Notes: generated by a model not told the origin, from the letters alone. DNA of 64,000 bases from Longimicrobiales bacterium (GCA_041690395.1 JAWLHJ010000002.1:356707-420706), one strand, 5' to 3'. Positions 39,458 through 50,309 are shown, counted from the first letter of the stretch. Program-made: numbers and translations.

Positions 39458-41551
39458 ATGAACCGGTTGCGAGCATCGGGACCTGACTTCAGGACGCTCT
39501 TCGAGTCCGTGCCAGTCCTCTACGCGGTCCTCGAGCCTGATTCGCCTCGGTTCACCATCGTCGCCGTGAGCGACGCCTACGTCCGCGCGACGATGACCAA
39601 ACGCGAGCAGATCCTCGGACGAGGGTTGTTCGAAGTGTTCCCGGACAACCCGGACGACCCGGGCGCCACCGACGTCCGCCACCTCGTTCTCGCCTCCCTC
39701 GAGCGCGTGCTCGAAAGTCGCGCTGCGGACACGATGGCGGTGCAGAAGTACGACATCCTGTTACCGGAGGAAGAGGGGGGCGGCTTCGCGGAACGCTGGT
39801 GGAGCCCCGTCAACTCACCCGTCTTCAATCCGGACGGAGAGCTCGTCCACATCATCCACCATGTCGAGGACGTGACGGATTCCGTCCGCCTCGAGAAGGC
39901 CAGGGCGCATCAGCAGAAGCTCACTGCGGAGTTCGAGGATGCGCTTCGCCTCGCCGAGACGAAGGCCGCGAGCATCGTCTCCATCTCGGCGGACGCGATC
40001 GTCTCCATCGACCAGCACCATCGCATCACGATGTTCAACGACGGTGCCGAGAACACATTCGGCTATTCCAGAGCCGAAGTCCTTGGAGCCCCGCTGGACA
40101 TCCTCATCCCTGAGCGGCTCCGCGACACCCACCGGGAGCATCTGGAGAAGTTCGCCGCAGAAGAAGGGCCCATCTCCCGGCGAGTTGGAGAGCGCCGTGC
40201 AGTGGAGATCGTGGGGCTGCGCAGGAATGGGGAGGAGTTCCCCGCTGACGCCGCGATCTCGAAGTTCGAAGTGGCCGACGAGCAAATCCTCACGGTCGTC
40301 CTCCGCGACATCACGGAGCAGAAGCGGAAGGAACGCGAACAGAGGATTCTCGCCGAGGTGGGGCCGGTGCTGGCGACGACGCTCGATATGGAGGAGACGC
40401 TATCGGCGCTCGCAGAAATCGTGGTGCGGGAACACCTTGCCGACATCTGCATTATCGACATCACGGAGAATGACGAGTCTCGGCGGTTCAAAGTGTGCGC
40501 CCGAGAGGGACCCCGGGCGGAGATGACGGAAGCGCTCCTTGGGACTCCGGTCGATCAAGAGCAACCCCGCCTCTTCGAAACCGTTCTCGAGACGAAGGAG
40601 CCCCTCCTCATCGAGCGGGTGACGCAGCAAGACCTCACTTCCTGGGCGCACAGCGAGGAGCGCCTGCGTGTCCTTCGCGACCTGAACATGAGGTCGGTCG
40701 AGGTGGTGCCGCTGGTTGCCCACGACGACCCCTTGGGACTTCTCGCGCTCGTCTCTACGACCCGGTCGTACGGGCCCACCGACCTCCAGCTGGCCGAAGA
40801 GCTCGCTCGCCGCGCCGCGCTGGAGATCGAGAACGCCCAGCTCTATCGCGAGGCGACCCGGGCCATTCGGCTTCGTGACGACGTCCTGGGCATCGTGGCC
40901 CACGACCTCCGCAATCCCCTGCACGCGATCGTCGCGGCGGCGTCACGGCTGCGCCCGCGCCAAGGCCAACCGGAACGCCGTGCACGGAAGTCGGCCGACA
41001 AGATCGAGCGCGCCGCCAAACGCATGGACCGGCTCATCCAGGACCTGCTCGACGTCCGCCGCATGGAGGCGGGGCATCTATCCATCGAACAGGGCCGGGT
41101 GAGCACCCGGGAGATCGTCTCCGATGCGCTCGAAGCCCAGAAACCTCTGGCCGGCTCGGCCTCACTGGAGCTCGAGGCCGACCTCGCGCTAGCCCTTCCA
41201 GATGTGTGGGCGGATCGCCACCGGCTCCATCAGGTGTTCGAGAACCTTATCGGCAACGCCCTCAAAGTCATGGAGCCAGGAGGGCGTATCACGGTGGGAG
41301 CGGCACCGCGAGACGGCGAGACGGTGTTCTGGGTCGCGGACACGGGTCCCGGTATCGCCGCCGAGGATATGACGCATCTCTTCGAGCGACTCTGGCAGAT
41401 GCGGAGAGGCAGGCGCGGTGGTGCCGGGCTTGGCCTGCCCATCGTCAAAGGCATCGTCGAGGCCCACGGCGGGCGGGTCTGGGTCGAGAGCCAGCCGGGC
41501 CAGGGCAGCAAGTTCTACTTCACCATTCCGACTGCACCGCCCGCGGCCTGA
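39458..41551 (+). CDS. PAS-PAS-GAF sensor histidine kinase
   Basis: AHDLRNPL H-box, NLIGNA, DTGPG, GAGLGL. Confidence 0.92.
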   Translation: MNRLRASGPDFRTLFESVPVLYAVLEPDSPRFTIVAVSDAYVRATMTKREQILGRGLFEVFPDNPDDPGATDVRHLVLASLERVLESRAADTMAVQKYDILLPEEEGGGFAERWWSPVNSPVFNPDGELVHIIHHVEDVTDSVRLEKARAHQQKLTAEFEDALRLAETKAASIVSISADAIVSIDQHHRITMFNDGAENTFGYSRAEVLGAPLDILIPERLRDTHREHLEKFAAEEGPISRRVGERRAVEIVGLRRNGEEFPADAAISKFEVADEQILTVVLRDITEQKRKEREQRILAEVGPVLATTLDMEETLSALAEIVVREHLADICIIDITENDESRRFKVCAREGPRAEMTEALLGTPVDQEQPRLFETVLETKEPLLIERVTQQDLTSWAHSEERLRVLRDLNMRSVEVVPLVAHDDPLGLLALVSTTRSYGPTDLQLAEELARRAALEIENAQLYREATRAIRLRDDVLGIVAHDLRNPLHAIVAAASRLRPRQGQPERRARKSADKIERAAKRMDRLIQDLLDVRRMEAGHLSIEQGRVSTREIVSDALEAQKPLAGSASLELEADLALALPDVWADRHRLHQVFENLIGNALKVMEPGGRITVGAAPRDGETVFWVADTGPGIAAEDMTHLFERLWQMRRGRRGGAGLGLPIVKGIVEAHGGRVWVESQPGQGSKFYFTIPTAPPAA

Positions 41552-41693
41552 GCGGGGGCATGGGGTCCGGTCCCTCGGGGCTCCTCGGACCGGACCTGGC
41601 GTGCGGGGGGTGAGTTGGGCGCACACTGTCTCGTCACCCTACGGGATCACTCGCGACGCGGCGGAGGCGTGACGCCTCCTCCGACATCCGGTC

Positions 41694-43478
41694 TCAAGCG
41701 CCTCTCCTCGCCACCGCGGACGCTTCATCGTAGCCTCCCGTGGAGGAGATCGCTTCCATCAGGGTTTCGACGGTGAAGGGCTTCTCAACGAAGCCGGAAG
41801 ACCGCTCGCGGGCCATCTTGCGGAGGACCGCTTCGTCGGAGTGGCCGGACATGTATAGGACAGCGATACCCGGGCTCGCTTCGCGGATCCGCGCCGCCAG
41901 CTCGACGCCGTTCATATCGGGGAGTCCTACGTCGGTCAGCAGAATGTCCGGGGCCGGCCCTTGGTCCAAGACGGCCAGGGCCTCCGCGCCGGTGCCCGCC
42001 ACCTGGACCTTCATCCCGTGGCGCGTGAGGACTCGAGCCGCCACCGCTCGTACAGGATCCTCGTCGTCCACGACGAGCACCGATCGACTCCGTGTCGAGC
42101 GTGCTTCCCCGCTCCCTATCGAGGGAGCCTGGGGACGCAGGGCCTCCGGGGCCTCTTCCGTGCCCGGGAGCCGAATGCTGAACGTGGTCCCCTTCCCGAG
42201 GGTGGAATCGACGGTCAACGTCCCACCAGCCTGCGTCACGATGCCGTGGCTCGTGGACAACCCGAGCCCTGTTCCGCTCCGCCGCGTCGTGAAGAAAGGC
42301 TCGAAGATGCGGGACATGGTGTCCTCATCCATCCCCTTCCCATCGTCGGAGACCTCCAGGACCAACGCGGAGGAGGCACCTCCCGACACCGAGTCCCGGA
42401 AAGCGCGGATCCGGATACGACCTCGGCTCCCGATCGCGTCCGCCGCGTTCGTGACGAGATTCAGGAGAACCTGCTCGAAGAGGGCCGGATCCACTTCGAC
42501 CGTCGGAGCGTCCTCGGCAAGGTCGAGATCGATGCTCACGCCAGCTGAGGTCAGGCGGTTCAGCATCGGTACCGCAGCCCGGACGAGCTCGCGCATGTCG
42601 ATGGGTCGGGGACGATAGATTCGCCGCCGGCTGAACTCCAGGAGCTGCCGCGTCAACGTCACGGCCCGCTTCGCACCGGCCCTGGCTTCCTGGATCTCAG
42701 GCCAGATCGGATGGTCGGGTCCGATCTCGTCCTCGCAGAGGTCCAACGGCGCGACGATGGTGGTGAGGAGGTTGTTGAAGTCGTGAGCGACAGACCCCGT
42801 CAGCTCTCCGAGCGCCTCGAGCCGCTGCGACCGACGAGCTTGCTCCCTCCGGCGGTCCTCTTCCGTTACGTCGAGATGCACGCTCATGACGGCCGGTCGG
42901 CCGTCCCACTCCACACGCCGCCCGTGAACATCGACGCGGATGAGCTTTCCGTTCTTCGCTTGCCCCGTATACCGGTAGCGGATGTCATCGATCTCGGACT
43001 CGATCCGCCGACGCAGGTTCTCGGCGACCAACTCCCGCTCCTGCGGCGCGATCAGGTCCGTTACAGGCGTCCCGACGAGCTCCTCCGGATCGTACCCGAA
43101 GATCTCGGCGAACCTCGCGTTCACGAATCGGAAGGCGCCGCCCTGGACGACGCTGATGCCCGCCAAGCCCTGATCGATCAGGCTGAGCAGCTGCCCTGTC
43201 CGCTCGCCCCGGGCCTTGAGCTCGAGGTAGGTGAGGCCGGCGACCACCGCCCCGGTCGCCAGAACGAACACGGCGCCCATGGAGAGGTTCAGCCACGGAT
43301 CACCCACCGGCCCCCGAATCCAACCGGCCACGAGGGGGTCCGAGTACGCCACCCACGCCGCGACCAGTGCCACGGCCCCGACATAGAGGAGCCCGACACG
43401 TACCGCACCGCGTACGGGTGCGTCTGAGCGTTCCCGAAGCTCACGCCTCGCTCTTCGAACCTCCACCACCCCCTCCAA
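41694..43478 (-). CDS. Membrane PAS hybrid histidine kinase/receiver
   Basis: AHDFNNLL, NLVTNA, FEPFFTT, GTGLGL, C-terminal REC domain; start uncertain. Confidence 0.9.
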   Translation of the reverse strand: MEGVVEVRRARRELRERSDAPVRGAVRVGLLYVGAVALVAAWVAYSDPLVAGWIRGPVGDPWLNLSMGAVFVLATGAVVAGLTYLELKARGERTGQLLSLIDQGLAGISVVQGGAFRFVNARFAEIFGYDPEELVGTPVTDLIAPQERELVAENLRRRIESEIDDIRYRYTGQAKNGKLIRVDVHGRRVEWDGRPAVMSVHLDVTEEDRRREQARRSQRLEALGELTGSVAHDFNNLLTTIVAPLDLCEDEIGPDHPIWPEIQEARAGAKRAVTLTRQLLEFSRRRIYRPRPIDMRELVRAAVPMLNRLTSAGVSIDLDLAEDAPTVEVDPALFEQVLLNLVTNAADAIGSRGRIRIRAFRDSVSGGASSALVLEVSDDGKGMDEDTMSRIFEPFFTTRRSGTGLGLSTSHGIVTQAGGTLTVDSTLGKGTTFSIRLPGTEEAPEALRPQAPSIGSGEARSTRSRSVLVVDDEDPVRAVAARVLTRHGMKVQVAGTGAEALAVLDQGPAPDILLTDVGLPDMNGVELAARIREASPGIAVLYMSGHSDEAVLRKMARERSSGFVEKPFTVETLMEAISSTGGYDEASAVARRGA

Positions 43479-43624
43479 TTGCTCTCGCAGGTGCGAACAA
43501 GCTGCTGAACCCCGGTGTGATCAGGGCGCTTTCCAATGACGATCAGCGATGCGGACCCAAGATGGCCCTGTCACCGGGGATTCCGCCAGGATTCATTGCA
43601 GCCGGGACCACCCTCACCGGACGG

Positions 43625-43815
43625 TCAGGGCAGGTCGATCTTCCGAGGGGGGCTCTCTGGGGCAGAGTCGTCAAGTACCGCCATGGCCTCCGGAGACAGG
43701 TCCATGTCTCTGACGCGAGGACCGAAGACCCGTCGGAACGCCTCCACCTCGCGCACCAGCCACTCGGCGTACTCCGGCCACCGAGACCGATCGTCGAGGG
43801 GGGACGCCTCGCGTA
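43625..43815 (-). pseudogene. Start-less C-terminal gene remnant, DUF4268-like
   Basis: Minus frame reads IREASPLDDRSRWPEYAEWLVREVEAFRRVFGPRVRDMDL...stop, with no N-terminus before the tRNA. Confidence 0.45.
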
Positions 43816-43881
43816 TCGGCGCGGCAGGTGAGCCGCCGAACGGCCCACCGCACGAGTCTCTTGCTAACAGCTACTTACGAG

Positions 43882-43954
43882 TGGAGCCAGGCGGGCTCGA
43901 ACCGCCGACCCCCTGCTTGCAAAGCAGGTGCTCTCCCAGCTGAGCTATGGCCCC
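43882..43954 (-). tRNA. tRNA-Ala (anticodon TGC), CCA not encoded
   Basis: GGGGCCATAGCTCAGCTGGGAGAGCACCTGCTTTGCAAGCAGGGGGTCGGCGGTTCGAGCCCGCCTGGCTCCA; cloverleaf with G3:U70. Confidence 0.96.
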
Positions 43955-44034
43955 AAGACCTTAAAGCTAGTGAAGGTGCCTCGGCGCGGGTAGGCGATCT
44001 CGCGGCGCTCCGCGGCCCCCCTCTGGCGCCAACC

Positions 44035-46797
44035 CTACTCCGCGGAAAGGGCTTCGACGGGCGCGACGTGCGCAGCCCGCCACGCCGGGGCCCAGGCGGC
44101 CATGATGGTCACGGCCGCCAGCAACGCGCCCACGCCCACGAACGTCGGGACGTCCAGAGCCTCGACTCCGAAAAGCAGGCTCGACATCAAGCGCGAGAGC
44201 CCCAGGCTGGCGAGCACGCCCAGGCCGACGCCGATGCCGGCGAGGACGGCGCCCTCCAGCAGCACTCCTGCCCAGATCTGGTGACGGGCGGCGCCGAGGG
44301 CGGAGCGCACGCCGAACTCCCTTCGGCGGCTCCCGACGGAGAAGGCCAGCACGCCGCCGATTCCGACCGCGGCGATCACGAGGGCGAGCAAGGCGAGCCC
44401 TCCGAGGAGCAAGGCGTTCAGCCGCCGGGGCGCCACGGACTCCGCCGTCATCCGCTCCAGCGTCGCGACCTGGTCGATCACCTGGCTCGGCTCGCGGGCA
44501 ACGATCGCCTCGCGCACCGCAGGTAGTACGACGGCCGGGTCACCGGCCACCCGCACGACGAGGGAGCCGGTGAACCAGGGCGTCACCTGCCGGTAGGGCA
44601 TGTAGATCGTTCGGAGCACGGGTTCGTCGAGGCCGGCGTCCCGGGTGTCGGCGACCACCCCCACGATGGTGCGCCACTCGGGCGTGATCCCCAGGAACCG
44701 GGCGTTGTCGTCCGTCCAGGCGATACGTCGGCCGATGGGGTCGCCGTCACCGAAGTACCTCCGCGCCACCGATTCGTTGACGACCACGACCTTCTGTGCG
44801 TCCCCGACGTCCGTCGTGACGAACTCCCGGCCCCGGAGAACCTCGATCCCCATCGTCGCGAAGTAGTCGGGCGAAACGACGCGGAAGTCCGCCCGAGGAG
44901 TCGGCGCTCCGGCCACCGGCTCGTGATCCTCGACGTCCATCTCCATCGGCGATCCCACGGCCGCGCCGCCGCGCATGGGCACCGCGCTGGTCAGCGCCGC
45001 TCCCTCGACCCGGGGGAGCGCTGCCACGCCGTCGAGAATGCCGAGCTGGCGGGACTGGAGCTCGGCAGCCGTGCCGCCGGCGCCGAAATCGGCAGGGATG
45101 TTCATGGCGAGAATCGCCTCGGTGTCGAAGCCCGGCTCGATACGGTTCAGCTGCATCATGGTCCTGAGCAGCAGCCCCGCACCGACGAGGAGCACGAAGG
45201 AGGTCGCGATCTGGGCCACCACCAGCGTTCGCTGAGTGCGCCTTGCGCCCGAGCCCGCCGTCGCCCGGGCCCCGCTTCGGGTGAGGATTCCATGTGCGCC
45301 GTCACCGGCCGGGAGCGGCGGGACGAGGGTGAAGAACGCGGAGGCGGCCACGGCCGCCACCAACGCGAATCCAAACGCCGTGCCGTCGAAGGCGATCTCC
45401 GACGCCCGGGACGTGAACCCCTCGGCGAAGCGGATGAGCAGGTCCAGGCTCACGAAGGCGACGAGCAGCCCCAGGGCCGCACCGGCGACCGCCAGGATGA
45501 GGCTCTCGACCAGGAGCGAGCGCCGCAGCGACCTCCGACTGCCCCCGAGCGAGACCCGGATGGTCAGCTCGTGCTCGCGGCGGAGCACCCTCGTCAGCGT
45601 CAGGTTCGCCAGGTTGGCGCAGGCAATGACCAATACGAGGAGCGCGGTGCCCAGGAGTAGCAGAAGGGTCGACCGGGCTCGGGTCGTGAGCTGCGTCTTG
45701 AGCGGGGTGACGGCGACGTTCCAGCCGGAGCCCGCGTCGTACGCCTCGGGAAAGTCGCCGTGGAGCCGCGACATGATGGCCGAGATTTCCGCGCGGGCCG
45801 TCTCGACGGTCGACCCTGGAGCGAGACGGGCGAACACCTCCGTCATCCGATGCGTACGGTCGTGGCTCATCGTGGCGTCGAGGTGGTGCGGACTCGTCGC
45901 CATGTTGACCCAGATCTCGGTCTGCTCGGGATAGGGCGGCGCGGGCTCGGCGACGCCCACGATCGTGGCGCTGCGGCCATTGATCTCGACGGTCTGGCCG
46001 ATTGCTCGCGGATCCCCGCCGAACGCGCTCCGCCAGTACGCGTGGGAGAGGACGATCACCGAGGGGGCGACCGCTCCATCGTCCTCGGGGCCGATGGTGC
46101 GGCCGTGGAGCGCCGACAGGCCCATGACGCCGAAGTAGTTCCCGGTCACGATGCCGGCCCGGACGCGGCGGGGCGTCCCATGGCCGTAGATGGTGAAGTT
46201 CAGCGCCGAGAACTCGGCGACCGCCTCGAAGGACGGGGCGCCCTGCCGGTAATCGTCGATCTCGGGGACCGAGAACAGCACGTTGTCGAGATCGCCCCCT
46301 TCGGCCGACTGGCGGACGTACACGAGACGCTCGCCGTCGGCATGGGGGAGTGGACGCAGCAGCACCGCGTTCACGGTGCTGAACATGGCCGTGTTGGCTC
46401 CGATCCCGAGGCCCAGCGTCACGATGAAGACCAGCGCGTATCCGGGATTCCTGGCCAGTCCGCGTACGGCGTGTCGCACGTCCGTCACCCATGTGTCGAG
46501 CATCATCCCCACCCCTCCTCCGTGTCGTCCCATGTCTACGTTGGTCATCCGCAACCGCGAGCCCGTGATCACTGCATCGCTGACCGCCTCCCACCAGAAG
46601 CGGAGCGCCCCGAGCCGCGTCCGGTACCGCGGCTCCGAGCGCTGAAGCGCCAGGTGGGCGGCCCACTCCGAGCCGAACTGCTTCCTGAATGCCCGCGGAT
46701 AAGCGCGTAGCAGGATACGGAGCGGGACCGAAATGCCGGCGGAATCCCACTCCTCGGTGCCTGTGCCCTCGACCCGTCCGCCCGATGGTTCGCTCAT
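44035..46797 (-). CDS. ADOP-type duplicated ABC permease
   Basis: TLGLGIGANTAMFS, IACANLANL, EFGVRSALGA. Confidence 0.9.
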   Translation of the reverse strand: MSEPSGGRVEGTGTEEWDSAGISVPLRILLRAYPRAFRKQFGSEWAAHLALQRSEPRYRTRLGALRFWWEAVSDAVITGSRLRMTNVDMGRHGGGVGMMLDTWVTDVRHAVRGLARNPGYALVFIVTLGLGIGANTAMFSTVNAVLLRPLPHADGERLVYVRQSAEGGDLDNVLFSVPEIDDYRQGAPSFEAVAEFSALNFTIYGHGTPRRVRAGIVTGNYFGVMGLSALHGRTIGPEDDGAVAPSVIVLSHAYWRSAFGGDPRAIGQTVEINGRSATIVGVAEPAPPYPEQTEIWVNMATSPHHLDATMSHDRTHRMTEVFARLAPGSTVETARAEISAIMSRLHGDFPEAYDAGSGWNVAVTPLKTQLTTRARSTLLLLLGTALLVLVIACANLANLTLTRVLRREHELTIRVSLGGSRRSLRRSLLVESLILAVAGAALGLLVAFVSLDLLIRFAEGFTSRASEIAFDGTAFGFALVAAVAASAFFTLVPPLPAGDGAHGILTRSGARATAGSGARRTQRTLVVAQIATSFVLLVGAGLLLRTMMQLNRIEPGFDTEAILAMNIPADFGAGGTAAELQSRQLGILDGVAALPRVEGAALTSAVPMRGGAAVGSPMEMDVEDHEPVAGAPTPRADFRVVSPDYFATMGIEVLRGREFVTTDVGDAQKVVVVNESVARRYFGDGDPIGRRIAWTDDNARFLGITPEWRTIVGVVADTRDAGLDEPVLRTIYMPYRQVTPWFTGSLVVRVAGDPAVVLPAVREAIVAREPSQVIDQVATLERMTAESVAPRRLNALLLGGLALLALVIAAVGIGGVLAFSVGSRRREFGVRSALGAARHQIWAGVLLEGAVLAGIGVGLGVLASLGLSRLMSSLLFGVEALDVPTFVGVGALLAAVTIMAAWAPAWRAAHVAPVEALSAE

Positions 46798-46807
46798 CGT
46801 TCGATGT

Positions 46808-47179
46808 TCAACTGTGGCGACCGATGGCTGGGCCCGATGCCGGGAGGATCGCGCGCGCCGCGGCGAGATCGGATTCGAGGCGGGCGATCTCGCGTTTCAG
46901 AACCGTTCGCCCAACCGGCGTGATCGTGTAGAAGCGCCAGCGCGTGTTGGGCTCGTTTTCGAGGTCTTCGGGAGGATCCGTTTCCTCGATCTGCCCGTCG
47001 TCGCTCATCCGCTGCAGAGCCGCATACAACGTCCCGGCCCGGAGCAGGACCGCGCCGTCCGTCCGCTCCTCGACCATTCGCTTGATGTGGTAGCCGTGGG
47101 CGACCTCCTGCTCGAGACTGAGCAGGATGTGGAAGGTCGTCGGCGTGAGCGGCGGAGGCGCTCGGTCTTCGTCCGGCAT
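46808..47179 (-). CDS. PadR-family transcriptional regulator
   Basis: LTPTTFHILLSL..HGY, GTLYAALQRM. Confidence 0.9.
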   Translation of the reverse strand: MPDEDRAPPPLTPTTFHILLSLEQEVAHGYHIKRMVEERTDGAVLLRAGTLYAALQRMSDDGQIEETDPPEDLENEPNTRWRFYTITPVGRTVLKREIARLESDLAAARAILPASGPAIGRHS

Positions 47180-47283
47180 GGTTACGATCTCTGGCCCGGG
47201 AGTTCGTCGTCGAAGCATTATCGACGATCGATTACCGACGATCTATAACCCGGAGCGATTCCCCGCGTCAAGAGCCTTGTCCC

Positions 47284-49974
47284 TCACTCCGCCCCCAACA
47301 CCTCCGCCACGTCCATCGACGTCGCCCGTCGCGCGGGACCCAGCGTAGCGAGTGTCCCGGTCAGCAGCAGCGTCGCCGCGACCACCGCGTACGCCACCGG
47401 GTCGCGGGGCTGGTATCCCATGAACCGGCCCCCGAACGCGGGCGCGACGAGCAGCGAGAGACCCAGCCCGAGCGCGAGCCCCACGACGATCTGGAGGGCG
47501 CCTCCGCGCACGGCGGTCCAGACGAGCGCCCCTGGCCGGGCCCCGAGCGCGGACCGGATGCCGAGCTCGCGCACGCGGCGGCCGACCGTAAACGCGGTGA
47601 GGCCGTAGAGGCCCACCGCAGCCAGCACGAGACCGGCGATGCCGAAGAACGTGAACAGCGTGGCGAACAGGCTCTCCATGTCGCGGTTCGCCTGGATCGC
47701 CGAGCGGAGGGAGCGGGGCTCGGAGAGCGCGACGTCGGCGTCCAGCGCGGCGAGGGCACCACGCGCGGCCGGTACCAGCGCCCCGGGCTCGGTGCCGGAG
47801 CGGCTCCGGGTCAGGAGGTGTACGGTCCGCGGGGGCTCGGCAGCGAGGGGCAGGTAGATGCCGGTGTCGTCCGGGTCGAGCCCGCCGTTCATGCCGAGGC
47901 TCGGCACCACCCCGACGATCGTGGCCCAGCGCGCATCCGCGGCGGCCGGGTCCTCACCCTCGTCGGGGGCGACGCGCACCCGCGTGCCGATAGGGTCCGC
48001 GCCGTCCATGTGCCGCCGCACGAACGGCTCGTTGACGAGCGCGACGAGGGGCTCCTCCTGCCCGTCCGACCACCGAAAGTCCCGGCCACGCACCGGCGCG
48101 ACGCCGAGCACGTCGAGGTACCCGGGCGCGATCCGGGCGAGATGGGTCCGGGGTCGGTCCTCCGGCCGCTCGTACCCGGTGCCCTCGACCTCCACATCCT
48201 CGAGGAGCGAGTAGACGCCGGGCAGGTGCGAGGCGAGGCTTGCGGCGGCGACGTCCGGCCGGGCGGCGACGTCGTCGAGCAGGTCGCGATGGAAGGCACG
48301 CATGGCGTCGCCGTCCGGATACGCGTCGGCCCGCAGCTCGTAGCTGCCGGTGAGCACGGACGCGGTCTGGTAGCCGGCCTCGACCTCGAGGTTCCGGAGC
48401 GCGCCCCGCGTGAGCAGTCCGGCCACGACGAGGAGCGTACATGTGAGCGCGACCTCCATGACCACGAGGCCGCCGGTGGCGCGGGCGATGCCCTTCCCCG
48501 TCGACGAGCCGCGCGCGCCGGATTGGAGCGGGCCTGCCACGTCGAGCCGCCGGGTGTGGAGCGCGGGAAGGACGGCGGTGAACAGTGCGGCGCAGCCCAC
48601 GAGACCGAACGCGAACAGGACGACCACAGGGTCGAGGCGGATCTCCATCCACCAGGAGATTCGGGGCGCCATGGCATCGGCGAGCCAGCGGACGCCGACC
48701 GCGGCGGCCCCGACGCCGAGCAGGCCACCGATCACGGCCAGCATTCCGGCCTCGGCCAGGTGCTGGCGGACAATCCTCCAGCGCCCGGACCCGAGCGCCA
48801 GCCTGACGGCCGTGGCGCGCCGGCGGGTGAGCGCGCGCGCCAGGAAGAGGTGCGCGACGTTGGCGCACGCAATGACGAGCACGAACGACACGATCACGAG
48901 CATGGCGAGGAGCATGCGGCGGCCGTTGCGGTCGATGGCGCGCTCGCTCCAGAGGGCCGCGTCGAGCCCGCCCCGGACCTCGGCGCCGATGATGCCGGCG
49001 TCGCGGAGGCCGGCCATGACCGACGTGGTCCGTTCGCGCAGCGCGTCCAACGAGGCGCCGTCCGCGAGCCGTCCGATCAGCTCGGCGAAGCGGTACGCGT
49101 CCGGATGCTCCACGTCGAGCGGCAGCCACAGGTCGACGCCGTCGGGGAACGCGAACCGGGGAGGCATGACGCCGACGACCGTATGCGGCCGACCGTCGAC
49201 GCGCAGCGTCCGTCCGAGCACGTCGGGGTCGCTCGCGAAGCGTGCGCGCCATAGGGCGTCGGACAGGATCACGGTCGGCTGGCCGGTGGCACCGCCCGCG
49301 TCGTCCGCAGCAAACGTGCGCCCGAGCGCGGGACCGACCTCCAGGGTGGAGAAGACCCCGGGCGTCACCGCGGCGGCACGACGCCGTTCGGGAAAGCCCT
49401 CCTCACCGCTGATGTCGTGCTGGGCTTCGTTGAACAATCCGAGCGTGGAGAGCTCCGGGACGGCGCCGTCGTCGATGAACGGTCGGAGCACCTCGAAGCC
49501 CGCGCCACGCACGATGGTCGGCGTGTATCGCCACCCCACCTGCACCAGCTCGTCGGGCTCGGGGACCGGCAGATCGCGCGTGACGCCGAGAAGGAGGGAG
49601 AACATGAGGGTCGGCGCCGCGACACCGATGCCGAGCGCGAGCACGGTGAGCACGGACATCCCGGGCGTCTTCGCCGCGCTCCGGATCGCCAGCCGCAGGT
49701 CGTCCCACGGCAACAGCGGCGGAGTGCGCCGGGGCCGCGGGGGTGCGCCCACCGGGCGCTCGCCGGGCAGGTGACGGCGCACGAACAGGTAGCGCGCGCC
49801 GACCCGGAGGCACTCTCTCCCGTACCAGAGGTCGCGGGCGAGGCCGGCGGGCCGCGCGTGCCATTCCTCCATGAGGTCGCCGACGATGCTCCGGCCCCGA
49901 CGGTCGCCGGGTAGCAGGGCGCGCAGCACGCGGGTGGCGAAGCGGGGCGGTCCACCCCTCCCGCCCCGGCTCAT
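47284..49974 (-). CDS. ADOP-type duplicated ABC permease
   Basis: IACANVAHL, VRLALG, ELGIRSALGA; ATGA overlap with PadR. Confidence 0.9.
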   Translation of the reverse strand: MSRGGRGGPPRFATRVLRALLPGDRRGRSIVGDLMEEWHARPAGLARDLWYGRECLRVGARYLFVRRHLPGERPVGAPPRPRRTPPLLPWDDLRLAIRSAAKTPGMSVLTVLALGIGVAAPTLMFSLLLGVTRDLPVPEPDELVQVGWRYTPTIVRGAGFEVLRPFIDDGAVPELSTLGLFNEAQHDISGEEGFPERRRAAAVTPGVFSTLEVGPALGRTFAADDAGGATGQPTVILSDALWRARFASDPDVLGRTLRVDGRPHTVVGVMPPRFAFPDGVDLWLPLDVEHPDAYRFAELIGRLADGASLDALRERTTSVMAGLRDAGIIGAEVRGGLDAALWSERAIDRNGRRMLLAMLVIVSFVLVIACANVAHLFLARALTRRRATAVRLALGSGRWRIVRQHLAEAGMLAVIGGLLGVGAAAVGVRWLADAMAPRISWWMEIRLDPVVVLFAFGLVGCAALFTAVLPALHTRRLDVAGPLQSGARGSSTGKGIARATGGLVVMEVALTCTLLVVAGLLTRGALRNLEVEAGYQTASVLTGSYELRADAYPDGDAMRAFHRDLLDDVAARPDVAAASLASHLPGVYSLLEDVEVEGTGYERPEDRPRTHLARIAPGYLDVLGVAPVRGRDFRWSDGQEEPLVALVNEPFVRRHMDGADPIGTRVRVAPDEGEDPAAADARWATIVGVVPSLGMNGGLDPDDTGIYLPLAAEPPRTVHLLTRSRSGTEPGALVPAARGALAALDADVALSEPRSLRSAIQANRDMESLFATLFTFFGIAGLVLAAVGLYGLTAFTVGRRVRELGIRSALGARPGALVWTAVRGGALQIVVGLALGLGLSLLVAPAFGGRFMGYQPRDPVAYAVVAATLLLTGTLATLGPARRATSMDVAEVLGAE

Positions 49975-50309
49975 CCGAGCGCCTCGCCGACGCGCGCCCA
50001 GAGCCCCTCCAGCGTCTCCTTCGACGCCTGCAGCACGTCGAGCCCCTCCCGAGAGACGCAGAAGCGCCGCCTGGGATGCCCGCCCCGTTCCGGCACATCC
50101 TCGTCGTCCAGGGCCCAGTCGACCCACCCTTTGTCCTCCAGGCGGTCGAGCGTGCGGTAGAGCGCGCCCCTCGACACGGACCGGCCAGCGATCTCCTCCA
50201 TGCGCTCACGCAGCGCAAGGGCGGGGGCGTCGCCCTCCTCTCGACTCACGTCGAGCAGCGCGAGCAGCACGAGCTGCTCGAACTCACCGAGGAATACGGG
50301 TGTGGGCAT
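49971..50309 (-). CDS. PadR-family transcriptional regulator
   Basis: LGEFEQLVLLAL, GALYRTLDRLE. Confidence 0.88.
   Translation of the reverse strand: MPTPVFLGEFEQLVLLALLDVSREEGDAPALALRERMEEIAGRSVSRGALYRTLDRLEDKGWVDWALDDEDVPERGGHPRRRFCVSREGLDVLQASKETLEGLWARVGEALG

Noticed and set aside
41271..41280. TGGAGCCAGG matching the tRNA-Ala 3' end, as a possible att site
   Set aside because: Only 10 bp, inside an intact kinase CDS, and no integrase in the window
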